NCBI RefSeq assembly: GCF_902459465.1
Contig: NC_047064.1
Span: 16,058,001-16,122,000 of the forward strand
Origin: Asterias rubens
Taxonomy: Eukaryota
Length of the DNA: 64,000 bases
Direction: 5' to 3'
Shown here: one piece after another, positions 37,401 to 49,888 of the stretch
Position numbering within the stretch: position 1 is the first letter of the stretch
How the letters are laid out: the number at the start of each line of letters is the position of its first letter
The notes under the pieces: model-generated
What the model saw: only the letters and a program-made list of their open reading frames with translations
Databases searched by the model: none
What the model was told of the DNA's origin: nothing
Made by a program: the position numbers and the translations under genes

Positions 37401-40400
37401 CAAAACTTTCCTGTGCGATTGTCCGAAATTATTCCTGCACAATAAGTTGATTGCACAAACCATTCGCCATTCAGTCCAAAACTGTTGTGGAGGACCCTTT
37501 GAGCATGGTGTCCTTTTTTATAATTTTTTTTAATCCTCCTTTTTATACTTCTTAATGGCCCCCTTTTTTTTGTGGTTGATTGTGTCGTTTTTTGCACTTT
37601 ATTCTCAGGTGCCATTTTTGTATCCGAATTCTAAGTATTCATTTAGGTTATAAGTAGGTGCTTTTGTATTGTATCTCTATGCATTTCACATTGTATGTAT
37701 TGAGGGCCCACAGGGAGAGCCGTTTATTAAAATGGGGCTACCCTGGTTAAATAGAATGAAATAAATACGTCAAGATGATCATCAAATCTGCAAGACTCTT
37801 CACAATGGACCCTTCCCATGAAATATGCTAATAACATTCAAGCATGCGTACAAACCTTATTGGTTGGCAAACATCATAAAGATGTGCACTAAGCAGACGC
37901 ACAATCGAGTCTGCGTCACCACCCATTAGCCGTGTACCAAACAGCGCGATGCTCCCTCATTTTTGCCAACCAAAATGTTAGTGCGCATGCGTTACCTGCA
38001 ATTAACATATTTCATGGGAAGGGTCTATTGAACTCATTAATGTCATTATCAAACTTGATCAATCTCATGTTCAGAGGATTATCAAACGCCAGAGATGTTG
38101 AGGATCCCCCTTGAGCAGATAGTGGTACAGTCCAAGCTACATTTCCCGCACATGAGAGCTGCCGATCTTTTGGGCCAAGCCATCCAGCCACCTCCACTTC
38201 CAGCAGGTAAGTTCCTCTCAAGAATAAAGACATATTTAAATTTGAAGAGTTTTGTTGTCGATTAAACTTCAACAATTTATGTCATCAAAAACTAATTTAA
38301 GAGTGCAACAATACGGAGGTCGATGGTTCAACTCCCGCTGGTTTAAATGTTTCTTTGTTCATCCCAAATTAATAGTGACGATAACTATGGACATTTTTGG
38401 TGTACACCGTGTCTGTCTGAAGACACTCCTTGCGTTTATAAAAAAAACTCTTCAGTCTACGCCAGCTCTTTCTTCCCACGCACCATCCGGGACTGGAACA
38501 ACCTCCCAGTTGATCCTGCGGCGTACCCGTCCCTTGACGCTTAAACCCCATCTCCAGCTTTTTACTCGCACCTGTACATAATTCTATCTGCACCTGACAC
38601 AAATTCCTGTTGCCTAAGTCAACACATGCGCTCACACGCAGTGCGTACATCTTCAACCATTTGAAGGCTGCACTTTATAAGGAAGAAGAAGAAGAATTGT
38701 TTTTATTAATTTGTTTAAAGCATGAACTATGACCTAACATTCATTATTGAGGTCAATACAGACTTGAAAATTAGAATCAGACTGAAGGCTCTACAGAGAA
38801 GAACTCTGATTGGCTAATCAAATAGTTTACTGCAGCTCACAGTTGTACCAGACAAGTATAGTGGAAGCGTAAAGATATGTAGTATCCAGGAACACGTTGC
38901 CTTGAATCGGTCGAGTTGGTCTTTGAAAAGCGTTCTGTAACCGTTTGTTATAAAATGCATATGGGTAGAAAGAAGTTGTAAAAGTAGAATACAATGAATT
39001 ACACAAATATGCCTCGAAATTGCGCGGTTTTCTTTTTACCTCGTCGACAAACACGGTCGGCCATATATGGGAGTCAAATTTTTTACTCCCATAAATGGCC
39101 GACCGTGTTAGTTCGCAACGTAAATGGAAAACCGTGCAATTTTGAGTGATACTTGTGTGGATCATTATATTCTACTTTTAAAACATCTTTCTAACCAATG
39201 CATTTCATAACAAACGGTTTCAAACACTTTTTATAGATCAACTCGTCTGATCCAAGGCAACGTGTTCCTTTAAGAAGTTGTGCTCTCACACGCCATATAA
39301 AATACTAAATCCCTTTCTCAGTCATGTGTGCATTTCAAGTTAATTTTGAAGCTGGAGAGAGTGACGGGATAGGCATTTGCTATTTTACAATTGTTCATTA
39401 TTTCACCCACCAATTGAGTTTAGATTGTTTAATTTGTTGAACGACGAAAACAAACAAAGAATCAACAAACTGAGCCCAAAGATCTTTGTTTTTTGAGATT
39501 GAGCGATTTGTGTGGCAATCATAAAGACTTTTTTTGTGCTATTGTAGAACACATAGGTGTAACGGTAAAACCAAATGAATATTCTTTATCCTGATGGAAA
39601 TTTAACATCTATCCAAAATCGTTGCCATACCCGCTGCTAAAATATAGGAATCGAACTGACTCTAGCTACCAGGCAATCTTGATGCTCTAGAATTGCAAAA
39701 AAAGTACTGAATATACGTTGCTAAATATTAACTTAATATTCCTTATCCCTGATGCAAATTTGACATCTAAAAAAAAACAGTTTCCCCTCCATTTCTGTTA
39801 GTTGAAAAGGCCGTTGAAGTTCTACAGGATCTTGCCATTCTCAACAATGATGAAAGCCTGACTGCGCTGGGCGACAAAATACTGGGGCTTTCCACTGAAC
39901 CTAGACTAGCCAAGGCGCTTGTGCTCTCGGCAATATACAGGTTGGACATTCCTCTTTTTATTTTAAATTATGTAGTTGTAATGTCAGAAATTAGGTGTTG
40001 CATTGTCCATGAAATTTGCAATTGTTTTTCACACAAAGCACTTAGAATTATCTATCGAAAACATTTGTTTATCGAGTTAGTTTCCCCAATGGTTTATTAT
40101 TTGACTGAAATAATAAAACTCTAATCCCCTCAAGGTGATTCCCTGGCTGCCGCTTCCCAGGTTGTATCGTAATTTGGGTGTGATCCCTGGCTACACATAA
40201 GCTACATGTACATGTTGAATGGTTTCTGACTGGAACTACCGAACAAAGATATTGACAAAAACAGGAAGACTGCAACATCAGGACTATCTAGCTCAGTTGG
40301 TAGAGCGCATTCACTTAAATCTGGAGGTCATTGGTTCAAGTCCTGCATTAGTCAAATTTTCTGTGTTCAACCAAAAATCATTTTAAATTTACCCAGTCAG

Positions 40401-43400
40401 TTTCCAGTGTGGTTTATTAAATGCAGTGGACACTATTGGTAATTTCTCAAAATTTTTTTTAGCATAAAACCTTTCTTGGTGACGAGTTATGGGGAGTGGT
40501 TGATGGTATAAAACATTGTGAAAAACGGCACCCTCTGAAGTGCCATAGTTTTCGAGAAAGAAGTAATTTTCCACGAATTTGATTTCGAGACCTCAGATTT
40601 AGAACTTTAGGTATCGAAATCAACCATCCAAACGCACACAACTTTGTGTGACAAGTGTGTTTTTTCTTTCATTAATATCTCGCAAGTTCGACAACCGATT
40701 GAGCTCAAATTTTCACAGGTTTGTTATTTTATGCATATGTTGAGAAACACCAACTGAGAAGACTGGTCTTTGATAATTACCAATAGTGTCCACTGCCTTT
40801 AAACCTAAAAACGTTTTGAAAAGAAATTTCCATATTATGATTTTGTGTACTATTTTCTGTGCAGGTGTGTGAATCCGATGTTGACAGTGGCTGCTGGCAT
40901 GCACACAAGGGCACCGTTTGTTGACTCCATGGAGAACAGAGCAGCTATCTTACGGGTAGAAATTTTATTAATTTTTTATTCAAAATCCAACAGCAGATTT
41001 ACTGTCATTTACAGAGCGCTTTGATATGCCCCTAGGGGTGTGATAAAGCGCTAGATAGACGATTTGACCTCTGACGTCACTCGAAAAGCATAACATGATT
41101 CGCGCGCATGCCGCCGGGCAAAACATTTGTGTTTTGGCAGCCAGTTAGAGAGTACATGCAATCTTACCATGACTAAGCGTCTTTTTGTCCAGCAAAACAT
41201 GACATGTATGGTGTCTTGTCAACAGAGGGCCATTTGAATGTAAACATAGGTCATATCGTCTATAGGAACCTTTTATTATTATTATTTTGCAAGGCAGGAA
41301 TGTGATTTATTCCTTTTTAAACAAAAAATCTGTGTTTTTTTGTTTTTTTGTTTTTTAAGATCAACTTATTAAAAAAATGAGGTGATAACCAATTAATAAC
41401 GTCCCAGATTGCAGAGTAGGGCTTTCAAAACCAAAGATAAATGTTAATATTGGGCTTCATGCTCGCAATTTTTTCAAGCACGCAAGCTTTCGCTCTGCGC
41501 TCTGACTTCAAGGTTTTTTTTCTCAACAGTCTATCACATCCCTGACAAGGGGTCTTTATCTATGTTGTTGTTCTTCTTCTTTTAGGTTAGGAGACAATTT
41601 GCAGAGGGTAGCCAGAGTGACCATCTAGCTCAGGTACAACTGTATGAAGCGTGGGACCAGGCCATGTACTCCAGAGATGTTAGATCCTTCAATGATCAAA
41701 ATTATATACACCATTCTACAATGATTTTCATCAGAGGTGAGTCCTGCTATTTTTTAGTGCTGTCAACAAAAATTTACTTTAGATTCCTAGCCAAATACAA
41801 AATCTGGTTTGGTGCATTTTTGTTAATTTTTGTTTTCGCCAAAAACTCAAACTCACAAAATTCTCAATAAATCTCAAACGTTACTGGTTTTGCCACAACA
41901 AATGTAATATTTCCGATATTTAGTAGGATTTGAAACTTTGCATGATGGAAATATGATGTAAAGGTTTGATCGAAACATCGAGTTAAAACCAACGGTTCTT
42001 TTCAGAACCACTTAAACTCATTAGAGATAGTTATTACGGTGTTACCGCAAACCTTTCCATTTCCAATATTGTTTCTTCTTCCTTAGTCGTGCTCCTTCGT
42101 GGTTGAAGTTATGGTTTTTATGCTTCACCAGAAAAAAAAGGCTTTTAAGAATTTACAATAGAAAACTTATAGAAAACTTTTAACTTAGCCGGGACTCAAA
42201 CAACCTCCAACCCACAGCTTTCTTCATGGCTTCAATGCAGGCTTCTTGACCCATTACTTATAATTTATTGTTTTGTGTTCACGACATACTCTAGGTCTTC
42301 GGCAACAACTGGCGGAGAATTTAGCAGATGCAGGTTTGGTGACATCATCCAAGGACTGTCTCCATGGTTACGATGGCAGCAGTGACCACGCCCATAATGA
42401 TCAACTCATAAAGGTAATACACCGTACATTATTTTCATTCTTTCCTAGTCGTATACGGTATAGGGACTCCATATTTTAAAGGAACTACAATGAAAGATTG
42501 TCGGGAAACAGGTTCGAATCTTGAATTCTGGCAAAATGGTTCCACCTTCAGTCTACCTGTTTCTCTGAACTATCTCTCTAGCTGTTTGTAGGTCCCTGTT
42601 CTCATCAAGTGGGCGCTAGTAAAAATATGTAAGAATGCACATGTAAGCACAGCTGTTGTGCATCCAGGCGTTGTGATCTTTGGCCAAAAAGCCTGAGTAC
42701 TGGAATTGGAAAGTTAAATTAAAGTTTTTTCTTTATTTCACACTTTCTAACAAAAAGGGTATTCATGAATGGTAAAACAGAAGGTAATTCTTTCTTACAC
42801 CACTTAAGACCAACTGTTTAAGATTGACCAGTTTAGACTTTGTCTTCTACTACCTTATTTTTATTTGTAGTACAAGGAAGTTGGAGTGTTGAAGACACAC
42901 TGTCTTGAACTACTTAATCTTATTAAGGGATCCCATTCTTTTCTATATTTAGAACCGTTTTCTAAATGTTTCTATTTTGCAGGGTGTCCTTTGTGGTTCA
43001 TTCTTCCCAAACTTGTTGAGGGCCAGACAAGGCAAGATTGAAAAGGGCAGAATGGCGTTCAAGAAAACGGTCGTCAAAGACATGTAAGTTAAGAAAACCA
43101 TCTGGAGAATCTTTACTCTATTGAATCTGTTAATTTCTGCATAATCATCACAATACGCCTGCCGTGGCCTAGCGGATAAGAGCCTTTGCCTTGGGTGCCA
43201 CTTGCCCCCTCAGGGTACAAAACACCATGGATCCCGACACAGTGTGCAATAATTGTATACTGTATTAAAAGCACTGGACATTATGGGTAATTACTCCAAA
43301 TAATTGTAAACATTTAAAACTCACTTGGTAACGAGCAATGGAGAGATGTTTGATAGAATCAATTATTGTGAGAAACAGCTCCCTCTGATGTAACGCAGTT

Positions 43401-45984
43401 TTTGAGTAAAAGGTAATTTCTCACTCAAATATTAAAATACTTCAGGTCTGAAGTCTTTTTAGGCATCTGAAAGCACACAAAGTTGTGCAACAAGGGTGTT
43501 TTTTTCTTTCATTATTGTTTTGCAAATTACACCAAGTGAGAGTACTGGTCTTTGAAAATTACCAAAAGTGTTCAGTGTCTTTAACTCATAAATTCATTCT
43601 TCCATATAATATATATCTTTTGTTGATGAATTTGTGCAATTTTGAAATGAAACTTATTAATACTTTATTGTTGTTGATTTGTAGCGAGTCTAACAATGTG
43701 TTACTCAGTCGGAGATCAGTGAACAACACCCTGAAGAACTTAAGCAGCCGCTGGCTGACATACTTCTCAAAGGTAACAGGTTTTTTTAATCATGTATCTT
43801 CTCTGTCTATTTACCAATGACATTGTTCCAGTTTCACTATTTCTCAATCTTTCAGGGATGTGAAAGGGTGAAAGCTTGCGAGCGCAAAGCATGAAAGCTT
43901 GCAAGCCTGAAAGCTTGCGGGTATAAAGCCTGCTTGAATACATGCATTTTTGATTGTTATCTCTGCCATCTGGGATGTTCCATATGGTTTGATCTTCATT
44001 TGCATATGAATTTGATCCAAGTTTGTAAAATATAATCAACAAGTAATATTTACATACATAATAATTTTGTCTTTTTTCGGTGGGGGTTTAAAAAAACGGA
44101 TTTCCGGTAAAAAACAAAGAGACCACATCCCTGATCTTTATGTAAATAATTTAAGATACCATAATCCTCCTTTTCTTCGTGTATTTGTTGATAAAGGCAA
44201 AGGCAGATCAGGTCTTCATCCATGATACTTCCACTGTACACCCCTTGGCAGTTCTTTGCATGACAGGAAGACGGGTACATGTTAAACCAGTCTCACAAAG
44301 AGGTAACCTGAACTACGGTCATTTTAATTTATTAATTCATAAATACCTCAGGCATTTCTCCTATTGGTGGAGAGCGCGTCACGTGGGTGTGCTTAAAACC
44401 TTTTGTTAATGCACAGTAAAAAGTGTTAACAACATGGGCGTGACACGCGAGCTTATTAGACAGTTTCTTCATCAATCGGTCAATGTCAAAAATTGATAAT
44501 TGTTTTAATGTTTTCTCAAAAAGGAAAGCATTTCATGGAATAATATTTCAAGAGAAGTCTTTCACAATTACGTTCTGTGAACCTTGTAAGTTATTTGTAA
44601 ATCTGTGAACTTTTAATTTTGTATCTGTACCGAAAGTCTCCAATGGCTTTAATCACAATTTTCCATATCTTGCCAAGAGCACAAAATTTGAAAAGATGTA
44701 AATCAGACTAAAGCCCCTTTCATACTTCAACCGTATGCAAATGGGATGCAAGTTTGACTTGAATTGACATTACAATTCTATTTTCGCTGCGATATTCAAA
44801 GGAGAGTTGAGCACAACGTAACAGCTGCGAATTCTTCGTTACGAATTTGCAACGTCACATTTGTATCGCATTTGCATTCACATTCTCAGGAAGTATGCAC
44901 CGGGCTTTAAGTAGGAATAATACCACGCCAGCAAACTAAACATTTTTTCTTGGTTCCTATCCATCCTTTTATTGGCCCTAATTGTGCTGTTGGGTGTGTA
45001 ATAAATAAGGTGAGAGGCCCATTTCCCCCAGAATGGTTGCTCAATCAAAACCCCTGGAGGTGTGACTTTGAAATATCCAATTAAGTTGAAGGATTGACTT
45101 TAGTGTTTTCATCAGTATTGGCCTTTTCACTTAGAAATGCTGCGGCTCGAAGAGGAAGACCCCGGCTTAGACCCCAATGCAGAGGTTGTGAAACTTGTCG
45201 TCAGTGCAGACATCCACACAACCAGTGGCAGCTATGCAGAGAGAACGCCCGTCACTTTCTACGCTACGTACGACACGGCTGTCGTGCTGATGGGTTTGAT
45301 ACGAGAAGTCAATACCATGGTGGAAGAATGCCTCAATGCTAAACGCATCGATGACTTGGTAAGTGAAAACTAGGGTCGTGCATCAATGTCTATTTTAAGT
45401 AAGATGGAACGTGTGACTTCTGTTTTACTCTTTTTTACTGTTTCTATAATTCTAATTTGAACTATGAGGCAATCTGTAAAAGATACAAATGTCAACACAC
45501 TTTCTAGGATCGATCAGAAGTGTAGGCTTTGGTTTGTTTTTTGTTTGGGTTTTTTTCTCTCTCTTTTTACTTTTGGTTTCATTGTCTTCGTTTAACCTTT
45601 TATCTTTAAGCCAATTTTGAAACAGATTTAAATGGTTATCCGGTCAAGTGTAAAACCAAAATGCTTATTCAGAGGGATTGAAGGAACGATGAGGAAGGGT
45701 TGGGGCCAAGTTTCTCATCTTTCAATTGCAATATACATTCCTATATCCCCAATCCAAAGACAATGGTTTCCCTTTAAGTATTTCTAACGAGCCCAGTTCT
45801 CATCTTTCTCCAGCCCCAGGAAGTGAAGACGAGACATGAAGATGTCTTGGAGATGCTTCAGAAGATTGTCAACAGCCCTCAGACCCCGTTCATGGTGACG
45901 GCCGCCAGCAAGAAGAAGAAACAGAACCACAGAAATAATGACTGGCATACTGCAATGAATATGAACCTCACTGCCCGCTGGTGA
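25473..45984 (+). CDS. DHX30: DEAH-box ATP-dependent RNA helicase DHX30-like
   Basis: 22 exons: 25473-25683, 27971-28230, 28724-28888, 30310-30590, 32123-32273, 33075-33258, 33512-33671, 34508-34724, 35315-35392, 35928-35998, 36472-36601, 37180-37303, 38075-38206, 39802-39940, 40865-40955, 41586-41736, 42295-42413, 42983-43083, 43685-43772, 44197-44302, 45135-45358, 45814-45984. Phases are consistent, about 1117 aa. Motifs [50 protein letters not shown]. The N-terminal dsRBD-like segment ([30 protein letters not shown]) and RWLTYF..HPLAVL point to DHX30. Confidence 0.9.
25997..26170. mobile_element. Harbinger-type MITE (CWG TSD)
   Basis: Reverse-complement relative of 12678; CTG on both sides. 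Confidence 0.8.
26272..26431. mobile_element. Harbinger-type MITE (CWG TSD)
   Basis: GGGTCGATTTCACAAA ... TTTGTGAAATCCACCC with CTG on both sides. Confidence 0.8.
26475..27525. mobile_element. Foldback element of about 1.05 kb
   Basis: Outer ACTGTACTTCTAGAAACTATAAG / CTTATAGTTTCTAGAAGTACAGT; arms inverted over most of the length down to GAGGGCGGGC / GCCCGCCCTC. Confidence 0.85.
28955..29485 (+). repeat. Dispersed repeat (AATACCTCAG..GAGAGCGCGTCACGTGGG) carrying a nested hAT MITE
   Basis: An uninterrupted homologue lies at 44338-44472. Confidence 0.7.
29010..29367. mobile_element. hAT-type MITE
   Basis: TIR TAAGCTTGGGCGATA / TATCGCCCAAGCTTA; 8-bp TSD GTCATGTG / GTCACGTG. Confidence 0.85.
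29856..30244. mobile_element. TTAA MITE family A
   Basis: Both termini present. Confidence 0.88.
30699..31087. mobile_element. TTAA MITE family A
   Basis: Both termini present. Confidence 0.9.
31255..31530 (+). mobile_element. tRNA-derived SINE, partial
   Basis: GTGGGTTCGAGTCCT and body similar to 20103. Confidence 0.6.
31677..32072. mobile_element. TTAA MITE family A
   Basis: Both termini present. Confidence 0.85.
32336..32803. mobile_element. TTAA MITE family A, subfamily variant
   Basis: TTAAAGGCACTGTACACGTTTGG ... CCAAACGTGTACCTTCCCTTTAA. Confidence 0.8.
34835..35132 (-). mobile_element. SINE 3' part interrupted by a Harbinger-type MITE
   Basis: Reverse complement matches 47850-47955. 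Confidence 0.7.
34904..35070. mobile_element. Harbinger-type MITE (CWG TSD)
   Basis: CCGTCGACTTCAC ... GTGAAATCAACGG; CTG at 34901-34903 and 35071-35073. Confidence 0.82.
35670..35800 (+). mobile_element. L2-clade LINE 3' fragment
   Basis: [20 protein letters not shown] resembles the L2 [15 protein letters not shown] motif. Confidence 0.7.
36245..36425 (+). mobile_element. Penelope-like remnant with a decayed minimal hammerhead ribozyme
   Basis: CTC-CTGAAGA-C-GAGCAG-AGCATA-CTGTTC-AAAA-CATA-GAG at 36310-36349; homologous to 58790-58975. Confidence 0.6.
36851..37088. mobile_element. Harbinger-type MITE (GGCCCAATTTCAT termini)
   Basis: GTCCCAATGTCATGGCTCTGCTTAC / GTAAGCAGAGCCATGAAATTGGGCC, flanked by CAG and CTG. 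Confidence 0.7.
38440..38697 (+). mobile_element. CR1/L2-type LINE 3' fragment
   Basis: [15 protein letters not shown] motif followed by a 3' UTR and a (GAA)n tail. Confidence 0.75.
38888..39273. mobile_element. TTAA MITE family C
   Basis: GGAACACGTTGCCTTGAATCGG ... CCAAGGCAACGTGTTCCTTTAA. Confidence 0.82.
40281..40415 (+). mobile_element. tRNA-derived SINE head (not a functional tRNA)
   Basis: Intact D-arm GCTCAGTTGGTAGAGC and GGTTCAAGTCC, but the anticodon and T stems do not pair; continues into SINE body sequence. Confidence 0.65.
40417..40802. mobile_element. TTAA MITE family A
   Basis: Both termini present. Confidence 0.9.
41966..42062 (+). mobile_element. Penelope-like remnant, partial
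   Basis: TGATCGAAACATCGAGTTAAAACC..TTTTCAGAACCAC..GGTGTTACCGCAAAC matches 58868-58965. Confidence 0.55.
43265..43584. mobile_element. TTAA MITE family A, internally deleted
   Basis: Both termini recognisable. Confidence 0.8.
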
Positions 45985-46510
45985 TCAGTAATTCCTTGCC
46001 AGGCAGCCGTCTCAGCGACTCCCGGAGATTCAGAAGGAAACAGAAGAACAATTTGTAACAGACAGTTGAAGTCAATGGACCGTTCCGGCTTTCCACTAAG
46101 CTCCGCCCACCACTCGTGAGCAAGACAAGTGTACGAACACTCCCAATGACATTCAGCATGATTCTGCCGCGCGTGCCAAATATACGCGCACGCATGACCG
46201 AGTTTGTCCGACCACAATCATTGCTGTGATTGGTCAAATGGGTGAACGCGCACAGTTTGCTTGATAGGCCGGATCAGTCCATTACTGTATGACATGAAAG
46301 GTACTTGTCTATGTGTGTATGTCGGATTTAATTGCAAATCTCCGGAACAGTGCTGAAGACCATGTGAAATGAGAATATGTACCCTATGCAGCTCTCTGGC
46401 GTTCACAAGCATCCAAGTGTGAAGTCAGGTGTTCAAGCTATATTACACCATACAATAGGAGGCTGTTGAACACTAGGTAGCAGCAGACTTACAAGGTCAA
46501 TTTCCATTGT

Positions 46511-46898
46511 TTAAAGACAGTGGACACTGTTGGTAATTGTCAAAATCCAGTCGTCTCACTTGGTGTATCTGAACATTATGCATTACAAAACTAACCTGTG
46601 AAAATTTGAGCTTGATTTTATCGTCGGAGTTGCGAGATAACTGAGAAAGAAAAAACACCCTTGTCACACAAAGTTTTGTGCTTTCAGATGCTTGATTTCG
46701 ATACCTCAAATTCTAAACTTGAGGTCTCGAAATCAAATTTGTGGAAAATTACTTCTTTCTCAAAAACTACGTTACTTCAGAGGGAGCGGTTTCTCACAAT
46801 GTTTTATACTATCAATCTCTCCCCATTACTCATTACCAAGTGAGGTTCTATGTCGATAATTATTTTGAGTAATTACCAATAGTGTCCACTGCCTTTAA
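46511..46898. mobile_element. TTAA MITE family A
   Basis: Both termini present. Confidence 0.9.
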
Positions 46899-47119
46899 GT
46901 CAATCTGTGTATGCTCACATTTCCAAGAACAATGGATTTACCTGGTGAGTCTGCTGCCACCTAGAGTCCCTAAGTAGCTCTAACGATCTTGCATTACTTG
47001 ATCAGAGCGCCTAACCAAGTTAATTAATTGACTCATTTCTCAAACACCTTTATCCACCATTCCCATAGGTTACATGTAAACACTGAAACTTTCAATTATA
47101 TCAGTGTTATACTGGGGTT

Positions 47120-47505
47120 TTAAAGGCAGTGGACACTATTGGTAATTGTCAAAGACTAGTCTTCACAGTTGGTGTATCTCAACATATGCACAAAATAACA
47201 AACCTGTGAAAATTTGAGCTCAATCGATCATCGAAGTTGCGAGATAGTAATGAAAGAAAAAACACCCATGTCACACGAATTTGTGTGTGATTAGATGGTT
47301 GATTTCGAGACCTCAAGTTCTAAATCTGAGGTCTTGAAATCAAATTCGTGGGAAACTACTTCTTTCTCGAAAGATATGGCACTTCAGAGGGAGCCGGTTC
47401 TCACAATGTTTTATACCATCAACCTCTCCCTATTATTCGTCACCAAGAAAGGTTTTTTGCTAATAATTATTTTGAGTAATTACCAATAGTGTCCACTGCC
47501 TTTAA
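47120..47505. mobile_element. TTAA MITE family A
   Basis: Both termini present. Confidence 0.9.
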
Positions 47506-47689
47506 CCCACAAACAAATTTAGACCGTTGGCTAGTCACCAGCGATCTTGTTATACAATAAGAGTCTACTGTATTCTATTTAATACCCATTTAATACAAAC
47601 CATCTTTGAAATAGGAATGAATATAGTCAAAGTCTCATGTTACAAGGGTAAATATATACTGATTTCAGTCTATAAATCTTTCTTTTCCA

Positions 47690-47955
47690 CATCTGTGTGA
47701 GTTTGAAACCCAGTCGTGACACTCGTGTCCCTGAGCAAGACACTTGACTATTACTGCTTCTCTCCACCCAGGGGTAAATGGGTACCTGTGAGGGCAGAGA
47801 TGGTTCTTGTGATTGATTTAGCCGAGTAGCGCATTTGCTGCACGAGGCTGTATACTCCCCAGGGAGCTGAGATGGTTCAGGGAGTGAATTAAGGCCCAGT
47901 GACCAGGGGTAATATCTTGAAGCGCTTTGAAACACCTGTAGGGAGTGAAAAAGCG
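47690..47955 (+). mobile_element. tRNA-derived SINE (uninterrupted at the MITE target site)
   Basis: GTGTCCCTGAGCAAGACAC..CCACCCAGGGGTAAATGGGTACC core; runs into the gap. Confidence 0.75.
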
Positions 47956-48107
47956 NNNNNNNNNNNNNNNNNNNNNNNNNNNNNNNNNNNNNNNNNNNNN
48001 NNNNNNNNNNNNNNNNNNNNNNNNNNNNNNNNNNNNNNNNNNNNNNNNNNNNNNNNNNNNNNNNNNNNNNNNNNNNNNNNNNNNNNNNNNNNNNNNNNNN
48101 NNNNNNN
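47956..48107. other. Assembly gap (152 N)
   Basis: Run of N; begins where the SINE tail would be. Confidence 1.
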
Positions 48108-48420
48108 GACATAAAAGTGAACGCGTCTGCCAGGTATGTTGAAATAACCAAGAGCATTCAACTGTAAGTGTAGTGTGTGCTAATGTGAAAGATATATTTG
48201 CCATTTGCCATTGGGCAGAGATCCAATGGTACTGGGTGTAAACTATTTAAGTTTTGAGCAGTTGTCTAAAACTGTAAAAAGTATAAAAGCATTACAAAAG
48301 TATTAGGCCTGTTGCCAAACGAGTTTTTATCTTCAAAATCTTTTTTTTAAACCCAATGATTCTATCATTTATAGCGGTTGCTGCTGCTGCTGAAATATGG
48401 GATTCTAACTGCCTCTAGCT

Positions 48421-48510
48421 ACCGGGTAGTCTCAGTGGTCTAGCCGGTGAATTTTCTGCTCTAGAATGGTACAGTTTGGGGGTTCGAATCCCACCCGAGT
48501 ATTGTGCTTT
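48421..48510 (+). mobile_element. tRNA-like SINE head
   Basis: GGTAGTCTCAGTGGTCTAG..GGTTCGAATCCCACCCGAG; an inverse fragment lies at about 59180-59215. Confidence 0.5.
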
Positions 48511-48572
48511 TTGGGGGTTTTTTTTCAAAGTATACAGTGCTTTAAAAAAACATCTGTGTAAGGGTACGTTAA

Positions 48573-48937
48573 TTAAAGGCAGCGGACACTATTAGTAAAT
48601 ACTCAAAATAATTGTTAGCATAAAACCTGACAAAGAGTAATGGGGAGAGGTTGGTAATATAAAAATTGTGAGAAACAGCTCCCTCTGAAGTGACATAGTT
48701 TTCGAGAAAGAAGTAATTTTCCACGAATTTGATTTAGAATTTGAGGTCTCCAAATCAAGCATCTGAAAGCACACAACTTCCATGTGACAAGGGTGTTTTT
48801 TCTTTCATTATTATCTCGCAATTTTGACGACCAATTAAGCTCAAATGTTCACAGGTTTGCTATTTTATGCATACTGTGAGATACACTAAGTGAGAAGACT
48901 GGTCTTTGACAATTACCAATTGTGTCCAGTGTCTTGA
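48573..48937. mobile_element. TTAA MITE family A
   Basis: Both termini recognisable. Confidence 0.85.
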
Positions 48938-49888
48938 ATATAATTTATATGTTGATCTCATTTTCAGTCAAGATTTATGTTATCCAGTGATTTAAACCAG
49001 TTGTGTTATATACTTGCTTTCATTTGAAGGGAGGGCTACCTCGAGACCTACTCAAAAATTCTAATTAACATTAGGTTTTCAAAGAAAAATCACAAAATAT
49101 CCAAAATGTGACCCCCATACACCTTTACTTAAAATAAAACAAAATTACGATACCTCCGTTTCTGGTTAAAAACTATCACTACGAATTTGAAATAATGGAT
49201 TATTTTTTTCGAATCCAATCATTTTAGTTTAGGTCCACTCCTAAGCTAAGAGCTTCTTTGATCTTTTAGACTGGTAACCATGTCTAATGCTCAACTGCCC
49301 TTTTGTATCATTTCTTTTTGGTCATAGAGGGCGCTGTAGGCCTCCTCTACAAAGAAAGGGTACAAAAGGTGTTGAAGCATTGGACATGGCTACTGAAGAA
49401 GCTCCTAGCTTTAGGAGTGAATCGTGAGTAACATTTACATTGTATTATGTTTTGAATTCGGAAAAAAAATCATAATCCATTCTTTATTAGCAGTTCAGAT
49501 GAACTTATTTAATGAGTTGAAATAATGATTAACACTTTCGTCAAAAATAACAATTAAACATAATTGCAATTCAGACATTTTTTGTATGTTAGTGTGATTT
49601 CATATTGTAGATCCAATGTATACTTCTATAAACGATTTTTAAGAGCTGCTGATGACATTATAGGCTTAGCAATGGTAATTAGACTTGTGATCAAGTCGCT
49701 ATGCTTGTTGTGTCTCTTGCGATATTGCTGCATGGCTCCCCCTATTGCCGCGAAAGTAGAGTCTCGTGAGAGTATCTGAATCTGAATTATTAAGTCGGAA
49801 ACATCAGCGAAAGTACTGCTCGGAGAAAGCCATTATTAACCAATCACCGCGAGAAACCTTTAAAAACGACTTGTCCACAAGTCTACGG

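Noticed and set aside
40281-40355. tRNA gene
   Set aside because: A and B boxes are present but the anticodon and T stems do not pair, and the sequence continues into a SINE body seen elsewhere (675-790).
47627-48204. ORFs spanning X residues
   Set aside because: Artefacts of the N gap.
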